A stretch of 48,175 bases of DNA from NCBI GenBank assembly GCA_001513385.1, contig LFTK01000130.1, positions 1-48,175 of the forward strand, in the 5' to 3' direction. Positions within the stretch are counted from its first letter, which is position 1. Every line of letters starts with the position of its first letter. The stretch is from Clostridiales bacterium DTU064 (GTDB taxonomy: Bacteria; Bacillota; Clostridia; Oscillospirales; CAG-272). A program made the position numbers and the translations under genes. The notes beneath the pieces are model-generated. The model was not told the origin of the DNA and made no database searches. It saw only the letters and a program-made list of their open reading frames with translations. This document shows, piece by piece, positions 20,299 through 30,848 of the stretch.

Positions 20299-21744
20299 AT
20301 GTATTGGATTAAAGAAATGCAAAACGCTATTGCATTTATTGAGAGCAGAATAACTGAAGATATCAGTATTGAGGAAATCTCCCGCAGTGCTAACTCATCG
20401 AGCGCTAATTTTCAAAGAATCTTCAGTATTGTTACCGGTATGACGGTTGGCGATTATATCAGATACCGACGGTTATCACTTGCTGCGCAAGATTTAGTTG
20501 AAAAAAACTTAAAAATTATAGATATCGCTTTGAAATACGGATACGAAACTGCCGAAAGTTTTACAAAAGCATTTACTCGTTTTCATAGTGCAACCCCGTC
20601 TGCCATAAGGCGAAAAAAGTCCACTCCAAAAACTTTTGAACCCCTCTTAATCAATGTCGACATACGAGGAGGATTTGTCATGCGGAGAAAACTGATTCCC
20701 AATATACCGGAGCTACCGTATGACGGCAATAATGTTGCGTTTTTCATAACACTGCTCGAAGCTACATTAAAAGGCCTTGGTGAGGATTGCGACAAAGCAA
20801 TGCTGACCGCTATAAGCGGTGAAGGCAACTGCTTTTGCTGGGATGACGGTGAATGGGTATTCGGCAATGAACTTACAGATAGTATAAACGAAACGCCGTT
20901 TGAGACTGAAAGACGTGTGCTGTCTGCACTCGGCTGGAAAGCAAAATACATAACCGTAGAGCGGGGAAAAGACGGCAGTTTTTTGAATACGGATATTTTA
21001 CAAATCAGACGCGATTTCGTCTCCGCTATTGACAGAGGTTTCCCGGTTTTAGTGAGCCACATAAACCATGCTGATTATAACCTGAATGTTTACTTTGGCT
21101 ATGAAGACGACGGGCGGAAAATTATAGGGTATAACTACAACAACGGATACGAAGCCGGGGTTTCACCTGCTTCTGACGTTAGCGTTCCGGTAACATGGGA
21201 CAACTGGGAAAACAATATCAGCGGATATATTTTGTTGGAAGGTAAAACCGAAACACCCAGTGAAAGAGATATGGCGTTATCAACGTTTCAGTTTATTGTC
21301 GAGCATGCGAAGAGAAAAACTGAAATAAAAGGTAAAAAAGTCGGCTTTGCGGCGTGGGAATCTTTTTTATATCACCTGGAGAATGATGATTTTACTGACC
21401 TCTCACCGGAAGAAGTAAAAAACAGATTTTTCATATATTGCGACGGTCTTTGCCAGATATATGCACGGAAAAATGCGCTGCCGTATTATAAACATCTTGC
21501 AGATAAGTTCCCGAAGTGGCGGGAGTATTTAGAAAAAGCAGCTTTAGCTCTTGATGAATGTGCATCATATGGTGGCTTTTTATGGAGTCAGGGTTTCACT
21601 TTTGATGACGTGGGGTTTGAGAGATTTCGCTCTTTAAAGGCGCGAAAGATACTTGCCGATGCCGGACGAGAAGCAATGCAAAAGGATTCATATACTGTTG
21701 AGCAGTTTGAGAAGATACTTGAAGAGTCGAAGCTGGGAAAATGA
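20299..21744 (+). CDS. AraC-family transcriptional regulator with a large C-terminal sensor domain
   Basis: 481 aa. N-terminal double HTH (..ISIEEISRSANSSSANFQRIFSIVTGMTVGDYIRYRRLSLAAQDL...DIALKYGYETAESFTKAFTRFHSATPSAIRR). Confidence 0.85.
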   Translation: MYWIKEMQNAIAFIESRITEDISIEEISRSANSSSANFQRIFSIVTGMTVGDYIRYRRLSLAAQDLVEKNLKIIDIALKYGYETAESFTKAFTRFHSATPSAIRRKKSTPKTFEPLLINVDIRGGFVMRRKLIPNIPELPYDGNNVAFFITLLEATLKGLGEDCDKAMLTAISGEGNCFCWDDGEWVFGNELTDSINETPFETERRVLSALGWKAKYITVERGKDGSFLNTDILQIRRDFVSAIDRGFPVLVSHINHADYNLNVYFGYEDDGRKIIGYNYNNGYEAGVSPASDVSVPVTWDNWENNISGYILLEGKTETPSERDMALSTFQFIVEHAKRKTEIKGKKVGFAAWESFLYHLENDDFTDLSPEEVKNRFFIYCDGLCQIYARKNALPYYKHLADKFPKWREYLEKAALALDECASYGGFLWSQGFTFDDVGFERFRSLKARKILADAGREAMQKDSYTVEQFEKILEESKLGK

Positions 21745-22030
21745 GATTCGTACATTTGTTATATTTAAGGTCGGAGATAGTTCATATTACGAAGTTGAAA
21801 AACAAATAGAAGAGATAAATAAAAAAATAGGTGATATATATTTATATTATAGATATTATCGAAAAGGTGAAAAGGGAAGATCGAAATGATACAATTTCTT
21901 GCTTTAAATCATTAATATCCGATGATAAAAGCGTAATACTTCACTTTAGTTTGCCATGTATTGAGTATGACTAATAATCTGTAAAGGTTAAGAATAGCGG
22001 TTTCTGTTATTGGATATACCTTAAAATAGA

Positions 22031-22066
22031 AAGCTCTGTAATCTTTGGTGATTACAGGGCTATTTT
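22031..22066 (+). terminator. Rho-independent terminator (sequence-related to the one at 7234)
   Basis: AGCTCTGTAATC-TTTGG-TGATTACAGGGCT followed by ATTTT. Confidence 0.5.
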
Positions 22067-22582
22067 ATCGATAAATGCGTGGGTAATACGACGGACCTCA
22101 CGCATCTGCAAAAAAGACGTAAATAAGAATTAGTGTAATTAGAAATTACTGATAATCCTTTTACATTTTTACTGAATTTATGTTATAATTCTTATGCGGA
22201 TAGTTGTATTTGAAATCCGAAACTTTATAATGGGGTTGGCATCATAAATATTTGTATCAACAAACTGTTTGATTTTATGCGAAATCATATTTTGCTACTT
22301 TAGAGGTGTCTGAATATACTCACACATATGCTTTTTCTGTAAATACAGATTCGAAAGGCAAAGTGATTTTCACTCGACCATCTGAAAATTCTTTAATAAT
22401 GATAGATTTGGCGACATTGCCCGAAAATACGGGAAATGAAGTCCAAACATAATTTTTTTGAAATGAAATTCTCAATGATGTTTTGCATGTGACAGAGATC
22501 GATGATGTTGTCGTAGAATTGAACGAAATGGCTGAAAATGGAGTTTCTGTTGTGGCACTTGATAAGTAAGGTGATGTGATAA

Positions 22583-22926
22583 ATGCCCAATAATACCATA
22601 GAAGAAACTACAGAGAAACTATTCGCTACCTCTTTGCCACGTTCATCTACGTACATTCTGTCAGGTAAAGTATACATCGGCGATTTCGTTGAATCATACA
22701 GTTATGAAGTTGAATACTGCGATGAACAAAAAATACAATGGCCGAAGCCGCCTAAAAAAAGAATAGTATTTCTAAAACCGAAGCATTAAATTTTTATATT
22801 GACTATTTTGAAAGACACGGAAGAAGTCCGGAATTATACGAAAAAGTATCATCGTTAACCTACGTTTCTGCTTGGTTTGAAACGCTTCCTTCTGCTCAAC
22901 AGAGTGTTGTCATAGCAAGAAGTTAA
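22583..22926 (+). pseudogene. hypothetical protein gene with a frameshift near 22785
   Basis: ORF MPNNTIEETTEKLF...RIVFLKPKH* continues in another frame as ..TEALNFYIDYFERHGRSPELYEKVSSLTYVSAWFETLPSAQQSVVIARS*. An upstream fragment (about 22275-22575) is also split across frames. Confidence 0.3.
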
Positions 22927-23074
22927 GTAATATACCAATGGGGTGATTGTTTTGCGTAAAAATAAAGCAATTGCCCCCTACTTTTTTCTATAAAAACGAG
23001 ATGGAATTTGTAACCTTCGCCTCAGTTTTTTCGCTATAGAAGGTGAAGGCACATAGATATAAATAGGGGGCAAT

Positions 23075-23638
23075 ATGTTAAATGATAAACAAATTGTAAA
23101 TCTGTATTTCGAGCGCAATGAAGAAGGAATAAGACAGACATCGCTTAAATATGGTTTTCGACTACGTAACATCGCAAAAGGGATTTTGAATAATGATGAG
23201 GAAGTTGAGGAGTGTGAAAATAATACCTACATACAGGCATGGAATTTAATTCCGCCCAATGACCCGAGCGATTATTTTTTTCCTTTTTTAGCGAAAATCA
23301 TTAGGCATATTTGCTTGGATGTATGTAAAAAAAACCGGTCAAAAAAAAGATATGTTCAATATATTGAACTCTCAAAGGAGCTCGAAGAGTGCCTATCGTC
23401 TCCAAACGATGTAGATGAACAAATTGATTACATCGAATTATGCAAAACAATCAGTAACTTTCTAAATACTCAAACAGACGAAAAAAAATTTATTTTTCTC
23501 AGACGATATTGGTTTTTTGATAATATTTGTGAGATTGCAAAAAAGGCAGAATTATCAGAAAGCAAAGTGAAAGCCACTTTACATCGATTAAGAAATGAAT
23601 TAAAGATTTACCTGCAAAAGGAGGGGTACGTATTATGA
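23075..23638 (+). CDS. sigma-70-family (ECF-like) RNA polymerase sigma factor
   Basis: 187 aa. Region-2-like N-terminus and region-4 HTH (FIFLRRYWFFDNICEIAKKAELSESKVKATLHRLRNELKIYL). SD-like GGGGG before the ATG. Confidence 0.8.
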   Translation: MLNDKQIVNLYFERNEEGIRQTSLKYGFRLRNIAKGILNNDEEVEECENNTYIQAWNLIPPNDPSDYFFPFLAKIIRHICLDVCKKNRSKKRYVQYIELSKELEECLSSPNDVDEQIDYIELCKTISNFLNTQTDEKKFIFLRRYWFFDNICEIAKKAELSESKVKATLHRLRNELKIYLQKEGYVL

Positions 23639-24354
23639 AAGGCGAAAATTTGCTTTTAGGAATGACTCACATAGACAATAATCTGATTGATTTTGCTGAG
23701 TCATATAAAAAGAGAAAAAGAACAAGCTATAAAGCAATTCTATCAATAGCTGCTTCATTTTGTCTTATTATGAGTATAGTTATGATTTTTGCAACCAATT
23801 CGCACAAACAAAAGTATGAACTTGGTGAAGATGGCAAAATCAATATTTTGTCGATACCTGGCGCTATTCAAATTAACACATCCGACAAAGTGTTTTTAGC
23901 AGGTGAAGGAGATATTTATACGCCAGAAGATTTTGTTAATGTTCAAAAAAGCAACGGTAGTACCATTATTTATGGTTCAGCAAAAAATGTGAAAACCATA
24001 AACGTTACTGATGGCGATTTGACTTGGTATATTACCACATTTGAGATTGATGTTATTGATGCTATCAAAAGTGTTGATGAATCATCTACAATTAAAGCGA
24101 CTTCTATAAGCTGTTATGAAAATGACAAACCACATTTTATTGGCAATCTCTCCAGTAATATAATGATAGATAAAAACACAACAGGACTATTTCTTCTAAA
24201 GAGCGCACCAACCGATGAATATGAGATTAATGGAGAAAAATATTCCGCAGATATGTTCGCGAGTTATTATGTTATGAGGCAGTACGAATGTGATGGAAAA
24301 AGTTTTGATTATTATGGCACAACTATTGAGGTGGATAAACTAAGATCTCCATGA
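23635..24354 (+). CDS. putative anti-sigma / membrane-anchored partner protein
   Basis: Overlaps the sigma gene stop (ATGA). It has a short cytoplasmic N-terminus, a single TM segment (AILSIAASFCLIMSIVMIFA) and an extracytoplasmic domain. The call rests on context and topology only. Confidence 0.5.
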   Translation: MKGENLLLGMTHIDNNLIDFAESYKKRKRTSYKAILSIAASFCLIMSIVMIFATNSHKQKYELGEDGKINILSIPGAIQINTSDKVFLAGEGDIYTPEDFVNVQKSNGSTIIYGSAKNVKTINVTDGDLTWYITTFEIDVIDAIKSVDESSTIKATSISCYENDKPHFIGNLSSNIMIDKNTTGLFLLKSAPTDEYEINGEKYSADMFASYYVMRQYECDGKSFDYYGTTIEVDKLRSP

Positions 24355-24645
24355 TTTCGTGTTCATAGTATTAGCCTATCTTTCTGAGTGATTAGTTGGC
24401 GTTTAGGCATTTTGCTACTTAACCGACTTATCTACCACAAAGCAAAAAGGTTTTTGGAATCTGTAGTTTCGTCGCTGTAGGAAATATTTGTTTCACTCTT
24501 TCGTGCTTATCTGTGTTGTAACTGTATCCTACAAGCAAGGAGATATTGCGCATATCTGACCACTGTTGCAGATCATATTATTGCTCCTATCATTCCCAAC
24601 AATCCGGGTGACGAAATGGTAGAAAAGTTAGCGAATAAAAAAATA

Positions 24646-24694
24646 TGGTTCTATACTAAATGTTAGGGTGGCCAACGGATAGAGCAAAAAAAAA
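24646..24694 (+). repeat. left copy of a 49-bp inverted repeat (partner at 38583-38631)
   Basis: GGTTCTATACTAAATGTTAGGGTGGCCAACGGATAGAGCAAAAAAAAAG. The reverse complement of 38583-38631 differs at 2 of 49 positions. Confidence 0.85.
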
Positions 24695-24830
24695 GAGAGA
24701 GCATATCTGAAAGATCTGATAGAATGAAGTTACCACACAACATTCTTCGGAGAAATCAAATATGCTCTCAATTAGTTTTTTGAAAAAATCATCGGATATC
24801 AAAAAGTCATCATAAAAAACATAGAAGAAA

Positions 24831-24907
24831 CTGTAGAGTTACAATACATATTGAACAGTGATGAGAAAAAAGTAGCAGGAATAGGGCACGTAAGGTAGAA
24901 TTAAGTT
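24831..24907 (-). repeat. copy D (inverted) of a 4-copy intergenic repeat family
   Basis: The reverse complement reads CTTAATTCTACCTTACGTGCCCTATTCCTGCTACTTTTTTCTCATCACTGTTCAATATGTATTGTAACTCTACAG. It is near-identical to 33660-33734. Confidence 0.85.
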
Positions 24908-25192
24908 ACCGACATAAAAGTGAAACAAGCTTTTATGGGAGATGACCGTATGATAAGGTGTGGGTTAATTAACATGATACACGAAAATTCACAAAATGGA
25001 AGAGCGCATATGCAATAAGTAAAGAACTTGGCATATCAAAAAAGCGGGATCAGGGTTGTGCCACTGGCTGATATTTCAGCAAAAGACAATCTGACAAATG
25101 CATGATCGGCTATTTAAACCGGCGTTTTTGGATTAGAAATATCCCGGCGTTGACATCTTTTTTACAGGATGAAAGCAAAAACGGCAAGTAGA

Positions 25193-26287
25193 TTATTTAT
25201 TCTCGACCTTTTCTTCTGTCAGCTTTCGTAAAATTTCTTTGTAGCGTTCTGTATTTCTAATCGGAGCATAAGCCTCTCTTTCACTGGAAAGTAACGCTTG
25301 ATACATCAAGCGGCGTGATGAGATTTTTTCATCCGACATCTCCACCTCGTCAGGAATATCGTATACATTATAAGTTAATTCATAATCAAGATTATCGTAG
25401 TTTACAGCACAGTCGCATGCCTTTTCAAGATAATCAAGACACAAATCGTATTCTTGTTTTTCCGCATATGCTAAAGCTGCGGTTTCATAACACTCTGAGA
25501 GATCCCTATATATCCACCCACAGTCAACAAACTCTTCATATACTTTTGCCGCGCGCAGGCATTCACGTATGACGGCGTCGTAATCGCCCTTATTAAGTAA
25601 ATACTACGTCAGCCACGGTATAAGCAAAGATATTTGATAGATGCATTCATAAATACAACTTTCAATTGAATGTAGAGCATCTTCACCCGGGGCTTTATTC
25701 ATTTCGATCACCGCTGCTGTTACACGTGGATACAATCCCCTAAAACCGAATAGCTTTGCATTGTATTCCGCAGCTTTATCGTAATCTTTATGGATAAGGT
25801 TGATAGTTGTTAGAAAGTGGAGCGACCATGCGCGGCGCTTTTCATCTTCATCATGTTCCGCGACGTATTCAAAACCTTTGGCAGCCTCTGAAAGCAGCCT
25901 ATCACGTTCTTTTTTACTCTTGTATCTTGCATTTAATAATTTATGACGTGCAAGCTCAAACTTCAATTGCAGATTATTCGGATAACGAGCAAGCGTCTTT
26001 TTGATTAAAGCTTCGGCTTCATCGCCTTTTAATTCTCGTCGCAGTTCGTTTGCCTCGGCGACAATCTCCGATATCGTCTTTTGATAAGTCATATCATAAC
26101 CTAACAGATAGTCAACGGAGACATTGAATATCTCCGCGATTTTCGGCAGTAATGTGATGTCCGGATAAGCATTAGCACATTCCCATTTTGATACGGCAGC
26201 AGTCGATACACCGAGCATATCAGCAAGGCGCTCCTGCGTATAACCCTTTTCGTTTCTAAGGGTCATAATTGTTTTTCCCAGTTCCAT
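25193..26287 (-). pseudogene. XRE-family HTH regulator with TPR-like C-terminal domain (RNPP-like architecture), interrupted by one in-frame TAG
   Basis: Start at the ATG at 26287 (MELGKTIMTLRNEKGYTQERLADMLGVSTAAVSKWE...). Track ORFs 25604-26356 and 25193-25444 share a frame. The only stop between them is TAG at 25604-25606 (..LIPWLT*YLLNKGDYDAVIRECLRAAKVYEEF..). Confidence 0.7.
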
Positions 26288-26805
26288 ATTTTCTTCTCCG
26301 TACAAATTTATTGTAAGCTTACACTTATATTCTACTACCATACGGTTGAGAGTCAATGGAACGGTTTTCTATTTAGTTGAGTGTATTTAAAACCAATGGT
26401 TGAATTGCGCTGAAAAATGCATGATTGCACTACGCGACGGTAAAAACTCACGCATTTTATAAGTCATGCACTTGAATATATATTTGCACTTTTATGAAGA
26501 AGTTTTTCTTCATACCTTCAATGCCACCCGCTTGTCTTAAATATTCCTTATACCTTTATGGGTATACATGGGCAACCTACTTCCTTTTAATACAGGATCT
26601 TGTCCGCACCCCCGTTTCATGAATTGAACATCCTCAACTGTCTCAACTGTACATTTTGTCCGTGAATTTGTGTACATTTCTATCTTAGCATTTACACCAG
26701 TCTGGTTACCTGTAGATATGCCAGTGCTTGTTCGCCAAACAATATGAAATCTGGTATAATTAGACGTATGATATAAGAAAACAATAAGGGTGGAGGGATT
26801 TCTAA

Positions 26806-27147
26806 ATGAATGAAGCAGATGAATACATTAAAAGCTTTCCGGCGGAAGTGCAAGAACGATTAACTGAAATCAGGAATATTATTCATGAATTAGCTCCACA
26901 GGCTACCGAACGAATTTGTATGAGAATGCCTACATATGACTTGAACGGAAAATGGTTGGTTCATTTTGCTGGATTTAAGAATCACATTGGCTTTTATCCA
27001 CAACCTGAAGGTATTGAGGCATTCAAAGAAAAGTTATCCGGCTATAAAACCTCGAAGGGAACAGTGCAATTTCCACACAACAAACCACTTCCAACAGACT
27101 TAATTCGTGAAATTGTCAGATTCAGGGTTGATCAGCAAATAAAGTAA
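26806..27147 (+). CDS. DUF1801 (YdhG-like) domain protein
   Basis: 113 aa. MNEADEYIKSFPAEVQERLTEIRNIIHELAP...GFKNHIGFYP...GTVQFPHNKPLP is the typical layout of this family. Confidence 0.7.
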   Translation: MNEADEYIKSFPAEVQERLTEIRNIIHELAPQATERICMRMPTYDLNGKWLVHFAGFKNHIGFYPQPEGIEAFKEKLSGYKTSKGTVQFPHNKPLPTDLIREIVRFRVDQQIK

Positions 27148-27218
27148 ATTGTTCAAACTAACTGATTGCTAATAGAAAATAAACAAGGCATTCTTACGAT
27201 CAAATTCGTGTAGAATGC

Positions 27219-27365
27219 CTAATTATCTACATCTACCGTCTTGTTGGATTTGAATTTCACTGTGAATTTCTCCTCGAAGATGGTGTCTATTTCAATCAGC
27301 CAGTTGATCAGGTGCTCGTCGTGCTCAGTGGCGGTGGTCGGCTGATTCCATAGGAATGCGCAACG
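27219..27365 (-). pseudogene. possible C-terminal remnant of a large serine recombinase
   Basis: The minus strand reads ..WNQPTTATEHDEHLINWLIEIDTIFEEKFTVKFKSNKTVDVDN*. This resembles the C-terminal tails (..LIDxIxVxxxxKIxIxFK..) of clostridial recombinases. No catalytic domain is present upstream. Locally GC-richer than the surroundings. Confidence 0.3.
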
Positions 27366-27553
27366 TTAAAATTAAAGTGAAAATATAAGTCGATATGCTC
27401 CCTCAAACGGACACTTTACGAAAAAACATCTAAAAACCCGTTGATGTGTCCCCACATACAGATGGTTCCTTAAATAGTCTGTCGACATCAATACACTTTG
27501 TGATTTGATAAAAACCTCCACCGGGTATGATTTACCTCGGTGGAGGTTTTTAC

Positions 27554-27847
27554 ATGTCAAGATGTGTAAATTTTGCAGAGAAGAAGATTTATGAATTTAT
27601 TCGAGAAGGCCGTGGCCAAGGGGAGGGGGCAGATTACAAGCATTGTTTGAAAATCCATGATGTTACGTATAAATCCGACTTAGAAAAGCCGCCTTTTGTG
27701 AAACATACATCTGAAGAGCAATACTGGGCTAAGCGTAGTATCCGATGGGATACAGCAATTTATGAAAGTATCACAATAGTTTTTATTTATAAAATCACAA
27801 TAAATCAAAATGATATTATCCGTGTAAAAATAGAAATAGGCAGATGA
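27554..27847 (+). pseudogene. tnsA: Tn7 TnsA-like endonuclease gene remnant, copy 1 (only about 37 N-terminal codons are TnsA-like)
   Basis: MSRCVNFAEKKIYEFIREGRGQGEGADYKHCLKIHDV matches the conserved TnsA N-terminal block (..IKEGRGQGxGxDYxPWLxxxDVxSxGR..). The rest of the ORF has no TnsA character. Confidence 0.55.
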
Positions 27848-28344
27848 TGCCATGACAATAATACATCTTACAATCAACAATGAAACTGAATGTCTTTTTA
27901 GCAGATAGCTTCTCATCGGTTAAAATATTGAATCACTGGGGTGCAATATACAATAAAAAGGTCGTTAAATAATTTCCACTTTGTTAGACGAAGCGATATA
28001 CGAGATGTTAAAAAAAGTACAAAAAATCATTTAGAAAGGGCAGAAAGTAGGAATTTAAAAATTTATTTATGCATCATTATTGGCTGCATGATATGGACGA
28101 CCGTGATAATGGTTGCTGGCAGTAATATATAGATAGTGTTTTGTAAGCTTAAAAAAAGAATAAACATTTAACATTGATGTTTGTATGCATTCTTTTAAAT
28201 GATAAAATGGTACAATAATGGTCTCATATTATTATAGATGAAAAATGCTATTCCGAGATGCAGAATTCGAGGTGTATAATAGATATATAGAACTCGAGGA
28301 TTTAGACAGGAGAACCATCTCCCTATCAGGAGAAAGGATTACAT

Positions 28345-29055
28345 ATGAATATCAGTAATTATAATAAGTATATTACGGCAGAAACGATGATGGGACCAAA
28401 CTGCGTAAGGATTCTCGGAGAGTTATTTGATAAGTATCCTTTGCAACTTACATCAGATGATTTGGTTCTTGATTTGGGATGCGGAACGGGGCTGACGAGT
28501 CTTGTGATTGCAAAAGAGACCGGAGCAAAGGTCTATGCAAATGACCTTTGGATAAGTGCGGAAGAAAACGGGAAACGATTTGCCGAATGGGGAATTAATG
28601 GACAGGTAACACCTGTTTGCGAAGATGCGAATAATTTGCATTTTAATAAAAGACAATTCAGTGCTTTAGTTAGCATTGATTCATATCATTATTTTGCAGG
28701 TGAGCAGGGATTTTTCAGGGGAAAAATTCTTCCATTAATGAAAGATGGTGGTGTGGTTTTAATCGGTATTCCCGGCTTGAAGGATGAATACTCAGGCCGC
28801 TCCGAAGAGCTTCTGTCCGATTGGCTTGGTAAGGAATCCTATATGTTTAAAAGCCCCAAACTCTGGAAAGAGCTCATTGGCAGCCATGATAGAATTGATT
28901 CAGTGGTAACGTGGGAAATGGCTTGCTTTGAAGAAGCATGGAATGATTGGCTTGCAGTTGATAATGAGTATGCTCACATCGACAGGCAGTACTTTGAAAC
29001 AATTATCAAGCCTTATACTTGCTTTGTTGGTATATATGTAAAGTTAAAAGGGTAA
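28345..29055 (+). CDS. class I SAM-dependent methyltransferase
   Basis: 236 aa. Motif I VLDLGCGTGLTSLVIA. Post-I acidic residue (YANDLW). Confidence 0.8.
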   Translation: MNISNYNKYITAETMMGPNCVRILGELFDKYPLQLTSDDLVLDLGCGTGLTSLVIAKETGAKVYANDLWISAEENGKRFAEWGINGQVTPVCEDANNLHFNKRQFSALVSIDSYHYFAGEQGFFRGKILPLMKDGGVVLIGIPGLKDEYSGRSEELLSDWLGKESYMFKSPKLWKELIGSHDRIDSVVTWEMACFEEAWNDWLAVDNEYAHIDRQYFETIIKPYTCFVGIYVKLKG

Positions 29056-29745
29056 TGGAAGGCTAATAAGGAAATTTCAAAAGGATTGCAGGTTTTACAC
29101 GTCCTCGGAATATAGGCTCAATAAGAGTGATGCAAAAAACATGAATGAAATACCAAGAAAAAAATATACAGAAACCAGGAATTTCTTTTTCATTGTTTGA
29201 CAAAGCGGATATGTACAAAAATGTTTAGTTGATATGTTCCCTTGAACGGCGTTTTTAGAAATTACAGAACATGTTATCACGTACAGATGCTGTCATAATC
29301 GCTCACATACATTAATTCCATTAACTCGACCAATATGAAAGCTGTGGTGTTGATGCTAAAGGTGGACAAATAGAAGGTTTGAAATAAGATATAAATAAAG
29401 GGTTTCCAGGCATTGATTCTTTCTCTCAAGTTTTTACCTGAGGTGACGATGTCTGAAAATCCTTATTTTTTATAATACACTGGAACATATCAATTATCCT
29501 ACAAGTGATATGGTTGAGTTAACAATTTTAATAGATAAAGGGCGTTTTTAAAAGGATAAGTTGACAGGATGAATGTTCTTGAAGAATGTCATTGTGAATG
29601 ATGAATAGTTTTTATATAACAGGTGTTAAATAGGTAAATTGACTCATGATTTTGCTGTGTGAGAGAATTTTAATCATTTTTCATTTGACTCTTCCGTTGG
29701 GTAATAGTTTATAATATACTCATATTTAAAAGGGAGAATAATTTT

Positions 29746-30693
29746 ATGAATGAGTTAATCAAAATTAGGGATGTTTCGGCGAAGTACAATATTATCCGCC
29801 CGTACACTACGTTATTATGAGGATATGGGCTTGATTACGAGCATCCGAAGCGATGATTATGCATACAGGTTATATGATGACGCCTCTCTTAAACGATTGG
29901 AACAAATTTTAATTCTGAGAAAATTAAATATTAGCATTAAGGATATTCAACGTATATTTAATTCATCAAGTTCCGATGTTGTTTTAGAAGTGCTTAGTAA
30001 AAAGGTTGACGGTATTGATGAAGATATTGCTCTTTTACATGAACTGAAAGAAATCGTGCTGGAATTTATACATCAAATCGAGCAAGCAGATTTTGATAAT
30101 GAATCAGATATAAAACTTCTTTATGAAAGAGCAAAGGATATAAAGACGCAACTTGTGAATGTAAATTATAATGGTAACCCTTCAATAGTAAATCGTCTTC
30201 TCGAGGTTACTGAGAAGCTGGATAAAAAAGTGCCGGATATCATGATAATCAGAATACGGAAGTTTAGAGCTGTGACATCAGGACTTTTGACGTTTGAAGA
30301 ACTTTTTAGTAGTGATTTCGAGCCGTGGCAAGAGGCGCACAACTATTTATTTAAGCCGGTTGTTTTTGATTGTCCTGATTTTTTATGTGGAAAAGACGGA
30401 AAAGCTGAATGATATGGGCTGTCAAAGATGAGGTGACAGAAGCAGATACTTATCCATATAAAATAATTGATTATCCCGGAGGTTTATATGCAGTCGCGGT
30501 CAGTGTAGATGGTGACAGCGAAAGTCATGATAGGGTGATGAAAAAGATAGAGCAGTGGCTTGAAAACACAAACTTCACGATTGACAGCGGACGTGCATTT
30601 ATGGGAAATATGATTTACGTGGACGATGAAATTAAAGAAGGACTTGGCTACCATCAAATGAATCTATATACGCCTATAAAATTAAAAAAATAA
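29746..30693 (+). pseudogene. MerR-family regulator with GyrI-like effector domain, two frameshifts
   Basis: The ATG at 29746 gives MNELIKIRDVSAKYNI, then shifts by one nt into SARTLRYYEDMGLITS (track ORF 29771-30412). A second shift occurs at GAATGATATGG (30407-30417), where GKAE(W)IWAVKDEV is restored by adding one G. Confidence 0.7.
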
Positions 30694-30795
30694 AGGGTGG
30701 TTAAAAACATCGTTTCCACCAATTTGTTCCGTGCCAATACGGTTGTTTTGTGCCACAAATCGTTAAATAATTAATAATGAAAAAAAGCTTTACGG

Positions 30796-30824
30796 TTTGA
30801 TAAATAAACTCCACCGTGGTATAA
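30796..30824 (+). promoter_or_regulatory. sigma-70-type promoter of the tnsA-like remnant (conserved in both copies)
   Basis: TTGATA-N17-TATAAT, followed by GGAGG 9 nt before the ATG at 30849. The paralogous stretch lies at 27514-27553. Confidence 0.45.
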
Positions 30825-30848
30825 TTTACCTCGGCGGAGGTTTTCTAC

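Noticed and set aside
24564-24596. Partial match of spacer 4 (45636-45668) to DNA just left of the island. The 13 3'-terminal nt are identical (TCCTATCATTCCC, 24584-24596) and 22/33 match overall, which could suggest a decayed self-protospacer.
   Set aside because: A 13-nt exact match is roughly expected by chance for 10 spacers against about 96 kb of two-strand sequence. The PAM-proximal (5') seed part is the poorly matching part. The 5' flank is ACT, not the I-C TTC PAM.
24646-24694. The 49-bp repeat as a tRNA 3' fragment, an att site or a Xer dif site.
   Set aside because: GGTTCTATAC only loosely resembles a T-arm and there is no acceptor stem or CCA context. There is no match to the 11-6-11 dif architecture or to the conserved XerD arm. 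No integrase gene is adjacent.
29095-29280. Small hydrophobic peptide (internal MKKKFLVSVYFFLGISFMFFASLLLSLYSEDV) as a possible type I toxin.
   Set aside because: There is no SD before either start and no obvious antisense RNA or terminator arrangement. It sits in AT-rich spacer DNA where such ORFs arise by chance.
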